From Verrucomicrobiota bacterium (GTDB lineage: Bacteria; Verrucomicrobiota; Verrucomicrobiia; Limisphaerales; AAA164-E04), in the NCBI GenBank assembly GCA_047947115.1, contig CP170459.1, positions 2,464,001-2,528,000 on the forward strand: 64,000 nucleotides of DNA, in the 5' to 3' direction. Positions within the stretch are counted from its first letter, which is position 1. Each line of letters starts with the position of its first letter. Positions 19,066 through 29,446 of this stretch are shown one piece after another. A program made the translations under genes and the position numbers. Under the pieces are notes generated by a model. The model was given only the letters and a program-made list of their open reading frames with translations, was not told where the DNA came from and ran no database searches.

Positions 19066-20442
19066 TCACGCAACGACCTGCGAGAGCGGCGCGACGCTGT
19101 CCTGGAACTTGTCCACTTTCACATCTGCGCGTTGCAGCATGGTGAGCAGCAGGTTGCTCACGCGGGCATCGCTGTCCACAGGGCGCGAGCAGATATGATA
19201 GTGGGCGGTCGCATCGGCCACGTTGTATTTGCCGATCTTGGGCAGATTGAAATCAACGTGCGTGCCGTGCTTGTAGCCGAGCGCTTTACCACCCGCGAGG
19301 ATGGTCGGCAGATTGGCGTTGCCATGGCTGTGGCCGTAGGCCATGCCGCTGCCCCAGAGGACTTGCGTGGTATCGAGCAGTGGCGTGTCGCTTTCCTTGT
19401 GCTCCTTGAGCTGGTCGAGGAAATAGCTGAACTGGCGAACGAGGAAAGTGTCCGCCTCGGTGAGGCGACGGAGCTGTTCGGGGTCGCCGTTGTGGTGCGA
19501 GAGGCCGTGGCGTTGCTGCAAAATACCAATGTCGGGAATGGCTCCGCCTTGCGCCTCGCTGCCGATGCCGCAGGTGATGACGCGGGTGGAATCGGTGCGC
19601 AGCGCCATGACCATGAGGTCGTAGAACAGGCGGTAATACGCACCGGCCTCGGCCATGCTGAGCTTGCGCTGGAGGCGCGCGGCTTCGTCAGCGGGGACGA
19701 CGGGTTTGGCGACGTTGAGCCATTCATCGGCGCGGCGGGTGCGTTCCTCGACCTGGCGAACGGCAGTCAAATACTCGTCGAGCTTGCTGCGATCCTCGCT
19801 GCCAAGCTTGTTGTTCACGCGCTTGGCGTCATCGGCCACGAGATCGAGGATGCTGCCGCGGCGGCTGAGACGGCGGCGAATGGTCTCCTTGCTGTCCCTC
19901 TCGACCCCGAAGAGCGCATTGAAAATTTGCTGCGTGTTACGTTCCGCCGGAATCTGAATGCCGTCCTTTGACCACGCCAGCGACTGGCCCTCGACGGCCA
20001 TCTCGAGCGACGAGAAGCGCGTCGCGGCTCCATGCACCTCGGCGATGAGCTGATCGGCGGAGACGGTGTTGCGGAAGGAACCGCCATCGCCCGGCACGTT
20101 CGCGCCGGTGAGCCAGACTTTCTCGCAATTGTGATGCTTGCCTAGCACCATGGGGTGATGCAGGCCGCTGATTGGCGTGATGTCCGCACGATGCTTTTCG
20201 AGCGAAGCGAGTGGCTTGGTGAATTGGTAGTCGGCACCCGCCTGCTCGATCTGCCACGTCAGCGTATTCACGCCGTTCGGGATATAGAGAAACACGCTGC
20301 GCTTCGGCTTGGCGGCCACGGCGGCGGCACGCGCGCTGGCAGGCAGCATGGCATTGAGGAATGGCAGGGCGATGGTGGCACCGAGTCCGCGCAGGGCCTC
20401 GCGGCGGCTGATTTGCCAGTGGTTTAAGTTCAGGTTGCTCAT
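19066..20442 (-). CDS. DUF1552 (HXXSHH) family protein
   Basis: [41 protein letters not shown]; adjacent to DUF1592. Confidence 0.9.
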   Translation of the reverse strand: MSNLNLNHWQISRREALRGLGATIALPFLNAMLPASARAAAVAAKPKRSVFLYIPNGVNTLTWQIEQAGADYQFTKPLASLEKHRADITPISGLHHPMVLGKHHNCEKVWLTGANVPGDGGSFRNTVSADQLIAEVHGAATRFSSLEMAVEGQSLAWSKDGIQIPAERNTQQIFNALFGVERDSKETIRRRLSRRGSILDLVADDAKRVNNKLGSEDRSKLDEYLTAVRQVEERTRRADEWLNVAKPVVPADEAARLQRKLSMAEAGAYYRLFYDLMVMALRTDSTRVITCGIGSEAQGGAIPDIGILQQRHGLSHHNGDPEQLRRLTEADTFLVRQFSYFLDQLKEHKESDTPLLDTTQVLWGSGMAYGHSHGNANLPTILAGGKALGYKHGTHVDFNLPKIGKYNVADATAHYHICSRPVDSDARVSNLLLTMLQRADVKVDKFQDSVAPLSQVVA

Positions 20443-20451
20443 AAGTTCGTG

Positions 20452-22881
20452 TCAGCGTTTTTGGAAAAGTTCGGAGGTGACGAGTGCGGTGACGATGTCC
20501 TTCACGCGATAGTCCATGGCCTTGCTCGCAGCGGCGATGGCTTTCAGATCATCGCGGTCGTCAAACGACATGCTGCGACGCAGGCCATAGATGGCGAGCT
20601 TCTCGATGAAGGTGTGATTGAAGGCGTCGAGATCCGCTACGAGGAGCTTCTTGAACTCGTCAACATTCAGGTATTCGCGACCGTCCGGGAGCATTCCGGC
20701 GGCGGTGACTTTCAGGTTCTCGCCGATGCCGTCGGTGACTTCTTCCGTGCGCCAGCGGCCGATGGCGTCGTAGTTTTCAAACGCCAGGCCGAGGGGATCA
20801 ATCTTCGCGTGGCAGGCGGCGCAGTTGGCGTCCTGGACGTGCGCTTCGAGCTTCTGGCGCAGCGTGGCTTTCGGGCCGGTGGGATTCGTGGGGATGGGAT
20901 TCACGTTTGCGGGCGGCGGCGGTGGTGACTTGCCGAAGATGGACTCCATGACCCACACGCCGCGATGTACGGGGCGATGCCGCACGCCATCGCTCGTGAG
21001 CGAAAGAATCGAGGCCTGCGTAAGTAAGCCGCCGCGATGGCTTTCAGCGGGCAAGGAGACGCGTTGAAACTCGTCGGCGCCGCCCAGCGTCCCCTCGGGC
21101 AGGCCGTAGAACTGCGCGAGCCGCGGGTTCATCATGCTCCAGTCCGAGTGCAAGAACTCGCGGAGCGTCAGGCCGCTGCTGAGCACTTCACGGAAGAAGG
21201 CCTTGGTCTCGCCGACCATGCTCGTTTCAAGCGCGTTGTCGTAGTCCGGGTACAGATTCTTGTCGGGCGGGAACATGCCGACCTTTTTCAAGCGCAGCCA
21301 TTGGGTGGCAAAGGAATCTGTGAAGCGCTGCGAGCGCGCATCGGCCAGCAGACGCGTGACCTGCTGGGCGAGCACCGCCTTGTCGCGCAGCTTGCCCTGC
21401 TCGGCGAGCGCGAACAATTCGGCATCGGGCATCGTGTTCCAGAGCAGGTAAGACAGACGCGACGCGATCTCCCAATCGTTGAGCGTGTGGCGCGATGTGT
21501 TCTCGTCGCCCTCGGCGATGAAGAGGAAGCTCTTCGAGTTCAGGATGGCGAGCATCCCCGCTTTCACCGCGTTGCGGAAGGTCTCCTTCGCATCGAGTTC
21601 GCTTTGCACGATGCGCAGGTAGTGGTCGATCTCCTCGTCAGTGACGGGACGTCGAAAGGCACGTTTCGCCAAAGTGGCCAGGCAGGCGCGCGCCTGCTGC
21701 ATGTTTCCCTCTTCGCTCGGCATGTAGTCATCGCGCAGTTGCTGCTCGTGCTCCTCGATGATCGGCCCCTTCCACGAGACCGAGTCCAGAATGAGGAAGG
21801 GATAGCGCGCCTGGCCCGCTTCATCGGTGAGCTTCATCTGCCAGGGAATGCGGCCAATCTTCGTGCTGATGAAGGGCACCTCGCCATGACGCCCCGAGCG
21901 CGGATTATTCGATGGACCCGGCACGTCGTTATACACGTGAATGTGCGGATCCTTCGGCAAATGCGCACGGAACGTCACGGTGATCGGCTTGTCCTCTGGC
22001 GCGACGATGTCCCGCTCAAACAACACGCGGTCGAGCCTCGTCTCATACACCTTGAGGCGCGGTGCACGGCCATTCTCCGGCTTCAGGCCGCTGAGGGTGT
22101 AGCTTATCTCATAGATTCCTGGCCCCGGCAGCGGCTGCCTCAAATTCGAGTGGCGGAAGATGTCGCCAGCCCACATTTCGAAACGCACCTTGTCGAGTAG
22201 CCCCAACTCGCGCAACCGTTCGCGATGTCGCTCGTTGATCTGTTCTTCCTCAATCGCCGGCTTCGAGCCACCGAAAGGCGGCGCGGGCGGCGCGTTCTCC
22301 GGCAGCGGATCGGGATACGCTTCATCGAGAATGGTCTCCGCCGCCCCGAGATACTTCTCAATGTTCGATGGCGATAGCGTCAGCACCGATCCGATACGTT
22401 CAAAGCCGTGCCATTCCGGGTCCTCAAGGAGGTTGCCAGGATCATTCGCATCGAAGTGCACGCCGATGAGATCGCGCACCGTGTTCACATACTCGTCCCG
22501 CGTGAGGCGGTTGTAACTGACCCGTCCGCGTGCGGCCATGCGGGCGGATTCGCCTTCCTTCATCCGAGCAGCGATCCACTCCACCACCTTGGCGCTCTCG
22601 TCCGCGCCTGGGCGGACCTTCACCTTTTTCGGCGGCATCTCGCCCGTGTTGATGCGTTCCATGACTTCCAGCCACTGCGGCGTGTTCTCGGTCCCCACCT
22701 TCGGCGAGAGATTGTCCACCCGGAATTCCCCCTTCTGCACCTCCGCGTCGTGGCACTCCACGCAATGCTTCTGCAGAAATGGCTGCACGACCTTGTCAAT
22801 GTCCCTGACTTCCTCCGCCCGCGACGAGGCCGGGGCAACCAAGGCGACGATGGCTGAGAGGCCGAAAACGAATCGTGTCAT
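20452..22881 (-). CDS. DUF1592/DUF1588 planctomycete cytochrome c domain protein
   Basis: CVECH, RLTRDEYVNTVRDL, IASRLSYLLW..MPD, RGGLLTQA, CAACH..IDPLG. Confidence 0.9.
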   Translation of the reverse strand: MTRFVFGLSAIVALVAPASSRAEEVRDIDKVVQPFLQKHCVECHDAEVQKGEFRVDNLSPKVGTENTPQWLEVMERINTGEMPPKKVKVRPGADESAKVVEWIAARMKEGESARMAARGRVSYNRLTRDEYVNTVRDLIGVHFDANDPGNLLEDPEWHGFERIGSVLTLSPSNIEKYLGAAETILDEAYPDPLPENAPPAPPFGGSKPAIEEEQINERHRERLRELGLLDKVRFEMWAGDIFRHSNLRQPLPGPGIYEISYTLSGLKPENGRAPRLKVYETRLDRVLFERDIVAPEDKPITVTFRAHLPKDPHIHVYNDVPGPSNNPRSGRHGEVPFISTKIGRIPWQMKLTDEAGQARYPFLILDSVSWKGPIIEEHEQQLRDDYMPSEEGNMQQARACLATLAKRAFRRPVTDEEIDHYLRIVQSELDAKETFRNAVKAGMLAILNSKSFLFIAEGDENTSRHTLNDWEIASRLSYLLWNTMPDAELFALAEQGKLRDKAVLAQQVTRLLADARSQRFTDSFATQWLRLKKVGMFPPDKNLYPDYDNALETSMVGETKAFFREVLSSGLTLREFLHSDWSMMNPRLAQFYGLPEGTLGGADEFQRVSLPAESHRGGLLTQASILSLTSDGVRHRPVHRGVWVMESIFGKSPPPPPANVNPIPTNPTGPKATLRQKLEAHVQDANCAACHAKIDPLGLAFENYDAIGRWRTEEVTDGIGENLKVTAAGMLPDGREYLNVDEFKKLLVADLDAFNHTFIEKLAIYGLRRSMSFDDRDDLKAIAAASKAMDYRVKDIVTALVTSELFQKR

Positions 22882-23024
22882 AGGAAAGCAGACTAGGGTT
22901 TGTGAGCGCGGCGCGCCGGAACGGCTGAGCTGGTGTCTGGGTTGCTGCCGAGCAGCTCGGGGAGGCCATGATAGCATATGAATGAGCAGTGTGGAACGTG
23001 CGGCGCGAAGCCGCGAGTGAACAT

Positions 23025-23060
23025 GCGGCTGATGCCCTGCCGTTTGGGTTGTTCGTTCAT
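23025..23060 (-). pseudogene. 5' stub of a paralog of the 15222-16421 enolase-family gene
   Basis: 32/36 nt identical to 16386-16421; MNEQPKRQGISR vs MTSQPKRQGISR; AGGA upstream. Confidence 0.7.
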
Positions 23061-23135
23061 CATTCCTGTGACTCATGGGTGAAGAATGGTTGGTTCCATG
23101 GGCAAGGTTAATGGGTGGAGTGCACTCGGTGATCG

Positions 23136-26100
23136 TCACGGCTGGAACGTGATCTCGCCCCAGTTCGCCGGTTCCATTTTCAGCTCGAAGACTTCGTCGT
23201 TGACGATGCCCGTGGCCTGGTTGTTCCAGTGGGTGCGCAGGGCGGTGTCGGTTCCGGATTTGTCGCCGTGTGTGGCGCCAAAGTCGCCGCGCAGCGCCAA
23301 GCCGTCCGTGACTTTCAGCCCGAGCGCCGCCAGCGGAATCGCGGATTCGACCACGTAGCGCTTGTCCTCCACCTTCACGGATACCTTGGCCTCGGCCAGC
23401 ACCTCAACGCTGTCCATCACGTATTCCTTCACGACGCCGGAGCTGAAGGTCTTGGGCTTCTTCTCGTCCGCGACCTTGCGATAGACCACGGCCGTGGGCT
23501 GGCCTTTGAAGTTGCCGATGGACAGGCGCAGGTCGCCCTTCACGGGTTCGCCGCGTTTCTTGTCGGCTGCGGGGTCGGTCCCGAGCTGCAGGTCCACGGT
23601 GTCGCCGCGGGCGTAGAGGAACTCGGGCGCGTCCGCGCCGTTGACCCACGGCGTGTCGTCCTCCACCTCCCAGCCGACGTAGAGGTTGGCCTCATCCCGG
23701 GCCATGGCGACCCGGACCCGCGTGCCCGCCTGCTTCTCGAACGCCTGCTTCTCGGGTTCCTCGAAGTCCTTGAAGTCTGCGTCAAGGTTCCCGGTGAACG
23801 CCACCGTGGCCTTCTGGACCATGTACTTCTTGTTGCCTTCCGCGACCTGCAACTGCTTCTCGCGAAACGTCTGGGCCGTCTTCACGTCGTCGGCGCCCAT
23901 CGCCACCTTGCCGCCGGGGATCTCCTGGATCGTCTCCAGTCCTGTGACCTCGATATTCCAGAGCCCGGTCTTGCCGGCCTGGATGTAGACCTTGCCGTCC
24001 TTGCCCTGGCGCAGGGAGCCGCCGAAATCCTCGCCGCCGAGGCCCGGGGGCACGTTGTCGAGGATGGCGCCCGGCACCGCCTGGTCCGGCCACTGGGTCT
24101 TGAACGCGTCGCCCTGGAAGAGGCGCGTGAGGTAGAAGCCGTCCTCGGTCAGCACATGCCACTCGCCGATGTTGCCGTTGATGCCCCAGATGCCGCCGAC
24201 CGGCTTGGGCAGCACCGCGTTGCCGACCAGTCCGAAGGCGCCCCGGATGAGGCCGACCTCCGGCGCTGGCGCCTTATGCGAGCCATGCACGCCGGAGAAG
24301 GTGTTGGGGTACTTCCAGAGCAGGCGTCCGTCGACCGTGTCGTAGCACTCGAAGTTTTGTTCACCCACCGCGACCAGCTTGCGGTTGTCCGGTGTGGATA
24401 GCGCGCCGCCGTCAAAACCGGCAACCTTGCGGGGGCCGGCAACGTCATACCGGGGCGCGCCGCATTTCGTGAAGTCCGCAACCTTGAACTGCAGCCCGTT
24501 GGCGTAGAGGGTCAGATCGCTGTTCATGTTGAGCGACCAGTGCAGATAGCCGGTCATCGTCAGCGCCGCCGGATGCGTCGCCAGTTCGTCGGGCTGCTGC
24601 TGTTCGTCGCCGTTCGCGTCGGCCCAGAAGACCGTCTTCTTCTCTTTGGGGTTGGGTACGATGCTCCCGCGCAGCGCGAACTTCGCGTCGCCCAGCCGCT
24701 CGCGGATGGACAGGCCCGTGTTGCTACTGAATGTCACCAGGTAGAGCTTGCCGTTGCTGCCTTCGGCATAGCGGGCAACCCCGGCATAGTGGTTCTCGAA
24801 GGTCCCCAGGCAAACATCGCGCCCGGTGGCCGGGTCGATGCGCCACTCGCAGCCCTCCCCCGCCATGATGTTCGGGTCGCGCGGGTTGATCGCGCCACCA
24901 CTGGCGCCGTAGTGCGTGGGGCCGAAAAATTCCCTGAGGAAGGCGCCCTCTTTCTTGTCCGCCCCCGCCCGGGCCTGCCACACACTGAAGCGTTGCGGCG
25001 TCTGGTTCGCCTCGGCCACCCAGAGCTTGCCTTCCTTGTCCACCACCAGCCCCAGCGGATTAAGCACGCCGTCCTGGACAAATGCCCCGAGGGCCGGACG
25101 CCCGCCCTTGCGGCCGATCGCGCCGGCGGGCTTCCCGTCGGCGGTGAACACCAGCACCTGCTGGGTCTTGCCGCCCACGCTCACGTAGAGCCGGCCCTGG
25201 TCGTCGGCGGTCACGCCAGAGGCGTCCGGCAGGTCCTTGATCACGGTCTTCACGGTGCCGGCGGCGGGATCGACCGCCAGGATGTTGCGGCGATCGCTGA
25301 CCACATAGACCAGCGTGTCGTTCACGGCCCGCACGAAGCGGGGTTTATCCACATCGATGAGCTTGATGACCTTGCTGGTTTGCGCGTCCAGGACGGCAAG
25401 GAAGTTCATCTTCATCGGGGTCATGTCGGCCGCGAAGGCCTTCTCGATGAACCGGCGGTTCGCCTGGGCGAGGTCGTCCGGGGACAGCTTGGCGGCGTCG
25501 GGCACGAGCGTCGTGCTGTTGAGCAAACCGTTCAGGACGCTCACCACGTTGTCACGCACGTCCGGCGTGTAGTAATTCGGCGCACCGAGGGCTTCGTCGA
25601 TGCCGACTTGAGGGTTCTGGTCGAACCACCAGGTCAGGCGCTGTTTCTGCCAGTCGCCGAGCTTCTCGCGGATCGTCCTGGCGAGGCCGTCGTCTTTGTG
25701 GATCTTTTGAATCAGCGGTTTCCAGTCCCCCACGTCGGCGCGGCGGAAGGAGGCTGCCGAACAGGCGATGTAGAGCTTCCCGTTCCTGGCGTCCATGCCC
25801 TCGATGCGATCGGGCATGCCCGCGGGGTCCTCCCAGATGGCGCTGACCTGCAGATCGGGCGTGTCCTTGCCTTTCCAGGAACTGTAGTTGCCAGTCTTGG
25901 CGTCGAGCCGGTAGATCAGGTTGGCCCACTTGTTGACGTAAACAATGCCGCCGTCCACGCCCATGATCTCGGCGCCGCCCATGCCGCCGTGGGTGTGCTT
26001 CCATTGGACCTTGCCCTGCAGATCGCAGGCCACCACTGCTTTTCCGGCTTCCGCACCGGTCCAGCCGAGATAGACCTTTTCACCGTCGGTGGTGCAGGCG

Positions 26101-27266
26101 AACGGCACGCCGTGATCGCCGCCCCAGTTGGAGGTGAGCGAGCTGTCCCAGGGCGCGCTGCCGCCGTTGCTGGCCCAGCCGCGCAGGCGCAGGCCGATGC
26201 CCTTGTGCGCGATGGCCTTCCAGGTGAAATCGCCCGCCGCCACCGGCTGGCCGGGCGTGCGCCAGTAGGGGGTGGTCAGGCCGTCCCACTGGACCTCGTG
26301 CTCGCCCTTGGCGAAGAAGGCGCAGTTCAGAAGCTGGCGGGCGACCGAGCCATCGGGGGCAAAGAGGTTCAGCGACACGTAGCCGTCGAAGGGCATGGCG
26401 AAGCGGATCGGCTTGAACCCGGGCAGCTCCTTGCTCTGGACCAGCCCCGTCCAGTTCACGACCGGCAACCCTGCCTCCATCGTCACGGCGAACTCGCGGC
26501 CGTCGGAGAGACGGATGGACCGGGGCTGCAGCTTGCCCGTCTTCTCGAGTGTGGCATAACCCCAGCACGTTGGGCCCTGGAAGGTGAAGACGCGGTCGAT
26601 CTGCACGCCCGGCTTGAAGAGATCCTTCATGGTGATGCGGCCAGACTGGCCTGCCGTGAAGTTCGGCTCCACCGTCATGACCATCCGGGCACCGGGCTTG
26701 AGCGGCTGTTGGTCCGCGGTCAGCAGCTTCCAGGGAACGGCGATTTCCTGCACGTAACCCTTGCCGTCGGCATCCGCTGCGAACGTCTGCTGCGCGCCCT
26801 CCGCCCTGGTGTCGGGGATGCTGCCTTCGTTGAGCCCCTTGCCGAATTGGACGCTCACCACATCCCCGCCTTCGCGGTACTTCCAGCAGTCCCAATGGGC
26901 CGTGCGCTCCTTGCCCGCCGCGTCGGTCGTGACCGTGCGGAACTGCAGGCAGTCGCCCTGGAAGCCCATGTCGCCGTTCACCCCGGGGTTGTTGAGCGGG
27001 GTCGGATCCTTCCAGCGCGCCAGCACGTACAGGTTCTGACTGTCGTACATCACGTGGAACCATTGGCCGTACTGGTCGCGCAGATTCTCGACGTCGCTGC
27101 AGGCGAAAATCCCTCCGGTCAGATCCCAGTCATCGAACTTTCCGTCCACGACGACCTTGCCCGGCGCAGGCAGAATCTGCATGTTCAGGTTCTCGGTTTC
27201 GGTGGCCCGGGCGGCCGGAAGGGCGGCCAAGGCGAGAACGAGTGCGATCAGTATCTTGCTGTTCAT
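23136..27266 (-). CDS. Large secreted CBM9-like/FlgD-Ig/NHL protein (paralog 2)
   Basis: Same architecture and shared motifs as 9071-13201 (APNYYTPDVRD, THYGASGGAINP, WNNQATG.VNDEVFELKMEP). Confidence 0.8.
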   Translation of the reverse strand: MNSKILIALVLALAALPAARATETENLNMQILPAPGKVVVDGKFDDWDLTGGIFACSDVENLRDQYGQWFHVMYDSQNLYVLARWKDPTPLNNPGVNGDMGFQGDCLQFRTVTTDAAGKERTAHWDCWKYREGGDVVSVQFGKGLNEGSIPDTRAEGAQQTFAADADGKGYVQEIAVPWKLLTADQQPLKPGARMVMTVEPNFTAGQSGRITMKDLFKPGVQIDRVFTFQGPTCWGYATLEKTGKLQPRSIRLSDGREFAVTMEAGLPVVNWTGLVQSKELPGFKPIRFAMPFDGYVSLNLFAPDGSVARQLLNCAFFAKGEHEVQWDGLTTPYWRTPGQPVAAGDFTWKAIAHKGIGLRLRGWASNGGSAPWDSSLTSNWGGDHGVPFACTTDGEKVYLGWTGAEAGKAVVACDLQGKVQWKHTHGGMGGAEIMGVDGGIVYVNKWANLIYRLDAKTGNYSSWKGKDTPDLQVSAIWEDPAGMPDRIEGMDARNGKLYIACSAASFRRADVGDWKPLIQKIHKDDGLARTIREKLGDWQKQRLTWWFDQNPQVGIDEALGAPNYYTPDVRDNVVSVLNGLLNSTTLVPDAAKLSPDDLAQANRRFIEKAFAADMTPMKMNFLAVLDAQTSKVIKLIDVDKPRFVRAVNDTLVYVVSDRRNILAVDPAAGTVKTVIKDLPDASGVTADDQGRLYVSVGGKTQQVLVFTADGKPAGAIGRKGGRPALGAFVQDGVLNPLGLVVDKEGKLWVAEANQTPQRFSVWQARAGADKKEGAFLREFFGPTHYGASGGAINPRDPNIMAGEGCEWRIDPATGRDVCLGTFENHYAGVARYAEGSNGKLYLVTFSSNTGLSIRERLGDAKFALRGSIVPNPKEKKTVFWADANGDEQQQPDELATHPAALTMTGYLHWSLNMNSDLTLYANGLQFKVADFTKCGAPRYDVAGPRKVAGFDGGALSTPDNRKLVAVGEQNFECYDTVDGRLLWKYPNTFSGVHGSHKAPAPEVGLIRGAFGLVGNAVLPKPVGGIWGINGNIGEWHVLTEDGFYLTRLFQGDAFKTQWPDQAVPGAILDNVPPGLGGEDFGGSLRQGKDGKVYIQAGKTGLWNIEVTGLETIQEIPGGKVAMGADDVKTAQTFREKQLQVAEGNKKYMVQKATVAFTGNLDADFKDFEEPEKQAFEKQAGTRVRVAMARDEANLYVGWEVEDDTPWVNGADAPEFLYARGDTVDLQLGTDPAADKKRGEPVKGDLRLSIGNFKGQPTAVVYRKVADEKKPKTFSSGVVKEYVMDSVEVLAEAKVSVKVEDKRYVVESAIPLAALGLKVTDGLALRGDFGATHGDKSGTDTALRTHWNNQATGIVNDEVFELKMEPANWGEITFQP

Positions 27267-27305
27267 TTCTTTTACTTTCGGTTCATGTTGCAATGTCTTT
27301 CCCGC

Positions 27306-28922
27306 TTACTTTTTAGCCGCTTCCGACTGAAAAACGGCACGTCCCCAATGCGGACCGCTCAGAAAGAATGCCGGCGGCGGAGGGGTTGGAGAAGCCGGTG
27401 GATTCTGGTTGGTCACATCAACCAACTGCCCAAAGCAGATTCGTCCGTCGGCATCGCTCCAATGCACCGTCCACAACGCCCCCATGACGTCGCCTGCGCG
27501 CGGGGGATCGCTCTCGCAGTGGAGCAGCCGCCAGGGAATCGCGTATTCCAGCGTGTAGCCGAGTCCATCCGCGTCCTTCTGGAACGCGCCCTTCCATCCT
27601 GCGGGGGGTGCGGCGGGAGATTCCAATTCAAAGCTGTGCTGCAAACCGAGGCTCGCCCGCCCGGACTTGGCATCGTGCCACAGGATCAGGCTCGTCACCC
27701 GCTCGTTGGTGGAATCCGCAAGCAGCTCACGGCTGGGATTCGCGGGCCGGAATATAGGGTTGATCCCCTTGAGCGGCCAGCCCAGCTGGCGATCCGTGGA
27801 GAGACGCACGATGACGCTGCCTCCGGCAAACTGGAAGCCTTCGCGGGACGCATTGCGCATCGGTTCGGGGTCGCCCACATGCGCAGCCACATACAAGTGC
27901 GTCGCATCATACATCATCCCTCCCTCGACGAAATACGTCGCCGCGTAAGGCGGCTCGCACGCGCTCTTGAAAAAGGTAGCGCGGTTCCATTCCGTGAGCT
28001 GGCCATCCACCGACACCTCGTTCGTCGCACGCGTCACCGCGACTGACTCCACGGCGCTGCGGTTGTAGAGCGGGCCACCGTGAGTTATCGGCGTCGTTCG
28101 CGGCATCCGCCGGATGAACCGGTCCTCGACAAACGCCGCCGGAGCCAGTTCACCCGCGGCCGAGCATCGCAGCCCGCTGCCGGCCTTCAGTTCCCGGGCT
28201 GCCCCTGACGCGGTAGCCTCCGTCCGCACTAGGCCGTCGTAAACCTGCACGCGCTCGTCGCCGCTCTGACTGACGCTCACGCCGAACTCGGTGCCGAGGT
28301 CGATGACCCGCATCTGCGCCGTTTCGACCACAAACCCCGAGCGCCCCTTCGGCATTCTCACCACCACCGTGCCAGACGTGAGCCGGAGGTGTTGAGCGCC
28401 CAGCCATTCCCCGACCGCCGGTCCTTCGACAAGCACTTCAACACCGTTAGCTCCTGCCAGCGAAATTAATCCATTCTGCAGGCTCCAACCGCCTCTCCCG
28501 ACGCGATCGGACACCCGCACTTCCCGCCCGTCCGCCCAGCGCCCGCGCAGAGTCTCGCGAACCGCAAAGCCCGGTTCCAAGTCCGCTCCGGGCTGCCGGG
28601 GAGCGTCACGCAGCGAGAGCCATACCGCGGCCGCCAACCCGAACATCGCCGCCGCCGCTGCCCACGGCAGACTCCAGCGCCACCAGGGGGACGCCGAGGC
28701 ACGTGTTGGTTGCACTGCGCGGAGAAAGGGCAGCTTGCACTCCAGACCGCGAAACTGCCAGGCCAGACCGGCGTGCAGTTCCAGGTAGGAGAGAAAGAAC
28801 CGCTGCGCCTCGTCGCTCGTCAGCAACTCGCGTTCGAGCGCTTCGCGTTCCGCCAAGCGCAGGTTCCCCGCCACGTAAGCATCGGCCCAATCCCGGAGCC
28901 TGGCGGCTTGGTCCGAGTTCAT
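27306..28922 (-). CDS. FecR-type anti-sigma factor with C-terminal CBM9-like domain
   Basis: N-terminal helical region, TM segment WAAAAAMFGLAAAVW, VIDLGTEFGVSV, then VDGQLTEW...MYDATHLYV; ATGA overlap with the sigma gene. Confidence 0.85.
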   Translation of the reverse strand: MNSDQAARLRDWADAYVAGNLRLAEREALERELLTSDEAQRFFLSYLELHAGLAWQFRGLECKLPFLRAVQPTRASASPWWRWSLPWAAAAAMFGLAAAVWLSLRDAPRQPGADLEPGFAVRETLRGRWADGREVRVSDRVGRGGWSLQNGLISLAGANGVEVLVEGPAVGEWLGAQHLRLTSGTVVVRMPKGRSGFVVETAQMRVIDLGTEFGVSVSQSGDERVQVYDGLVRTEATASGAARELKAGSGLRCSAAGELAPAAFVEDRFIRRMPRTTPITHGGPLYNRSAVESVAVTRATNEVSVDGQLTEWNRATFFKSACEPPYAATYFVEGGMMYDATHLYVAAHVGDPEPMRNASREGFQFAGGSVIVRLSTDRQLGWPLKGINPIFRPANPSRELLADSTNERVTSLILWHDAKSGRASLGLQHSFELESPAAPPAGWKGAFQKDADGLGYTLEYAIPWRLLHCESDPPRAGDVMGALWTVHWSDADGRICFGQLVDVTNQNPPASPTPPPPAFFLSGPHWGRAVFQSEAAKK

Positions 28923-29446
28923 GATTTGCTTCCCTCCGCAAGGACTCTCAACATGCAGTCGTGCAGGATGGCCCGGATCCGCCGCAGGCTCTTGTAGAGG
29001 GCGTTGACCGAGCGTCCGGCTCGAGCCGCCGTGCTCTTGAGCGGCCCTTCCCGGTAGCACTCCTCCACCAGAGCCCGTTGGTGCGGCGGAAGCTGGTTCA
29101 GGCAGTGCTGCAGCGCCCGATGGCACTCCTCCGAAAATCGCCCCCCCGCCTCCCGGTCTGTCAAGAGCAGTTCCGCCACTTCCTCGCTCAGCAGGGTGTA
29201 CCGGCTGGATTCGCGGCGGCGGAAATTGCGCACATGGTTGTGGGCAATCGCGCAGGCCCAACTCGCAAACTCGCCCTTTTCCGGGTCGTATTTCGCCCGC
29301 TCCTGCCACAGCGTGAGGCAAGTCTGCTGAAACAAGTCTTCAACATCCTCGCGCCGCGGCACGAGGGTGAACAAGAAGCGGTAAACCCTGCTCTGGTTGG
29401 CCAGCAGCAGGGTGATGAAGCGGTCGTCAGGCGGTTCGGTAGTCAT
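28919..29446 (-). CDS. ECF sigma-70 factor (Rhodopirellula/Verrucomicrobium type)
   Basis: DVEDLFQQT, FASWACAIA, ALQHCLNQLP, ALYKSLRRIR.ILHDC. Confidence 0.9.
   Translation of the reverse strand: MTTEPPDDRFITLLLANQSRVYRFLFTLVPRREDVEDLFQQTCLTLWQERAKYDPEKGEFASWACAIAHNHVRNFRRRESSRYTLLSEEVAELLLTDREAGGRFSEECHRALQHCLNQLPPHQRALVEECYREGPLKSTAARAGRSVNALYKSLRRIRAILHDCMLRVLAEGSKS

Noticed and set aside
9071..27266. Diversity-generating retroelement (paralogs plus an Avd-like four-helix gene)
   Set aside because: No reverse transcriptase and no TR/VR pair with adenine-specific differences seen.
7635..27297. GACATT upstream of three cargo genes (7635, 9035, 27292; minus strand)
   Set aside because: Six-mer noticed post hoc, at inconsistent distances from the starts (15, 31, 25 nt); insufficient for a regulatory call.
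24540..28046. Very long + strand ORFs in the island (1168 aa here; also 7441-9081, 10352-12418, 16479-17768)
   Set aside because: Antisense shadows of GC-rich minus-strand genes; no motifs and typical mirror composition.
27306..29321. N-terminal extensions of ORF-track calls (671-aa FecR, 895-aa DUF1592, 614-aa PrfC, 417-aa lactonase)
   Set aside because: They overlap upstream genes or remnants; downstream starts give proper signal peptides or family N-termini.
2851..29446. Classical integron (attC cassettes)
   Set aside because: No RYYYAAC...GTTRRRY attC structures found by eye in the spacers, and the integrase looks like an island type rather than IntI.
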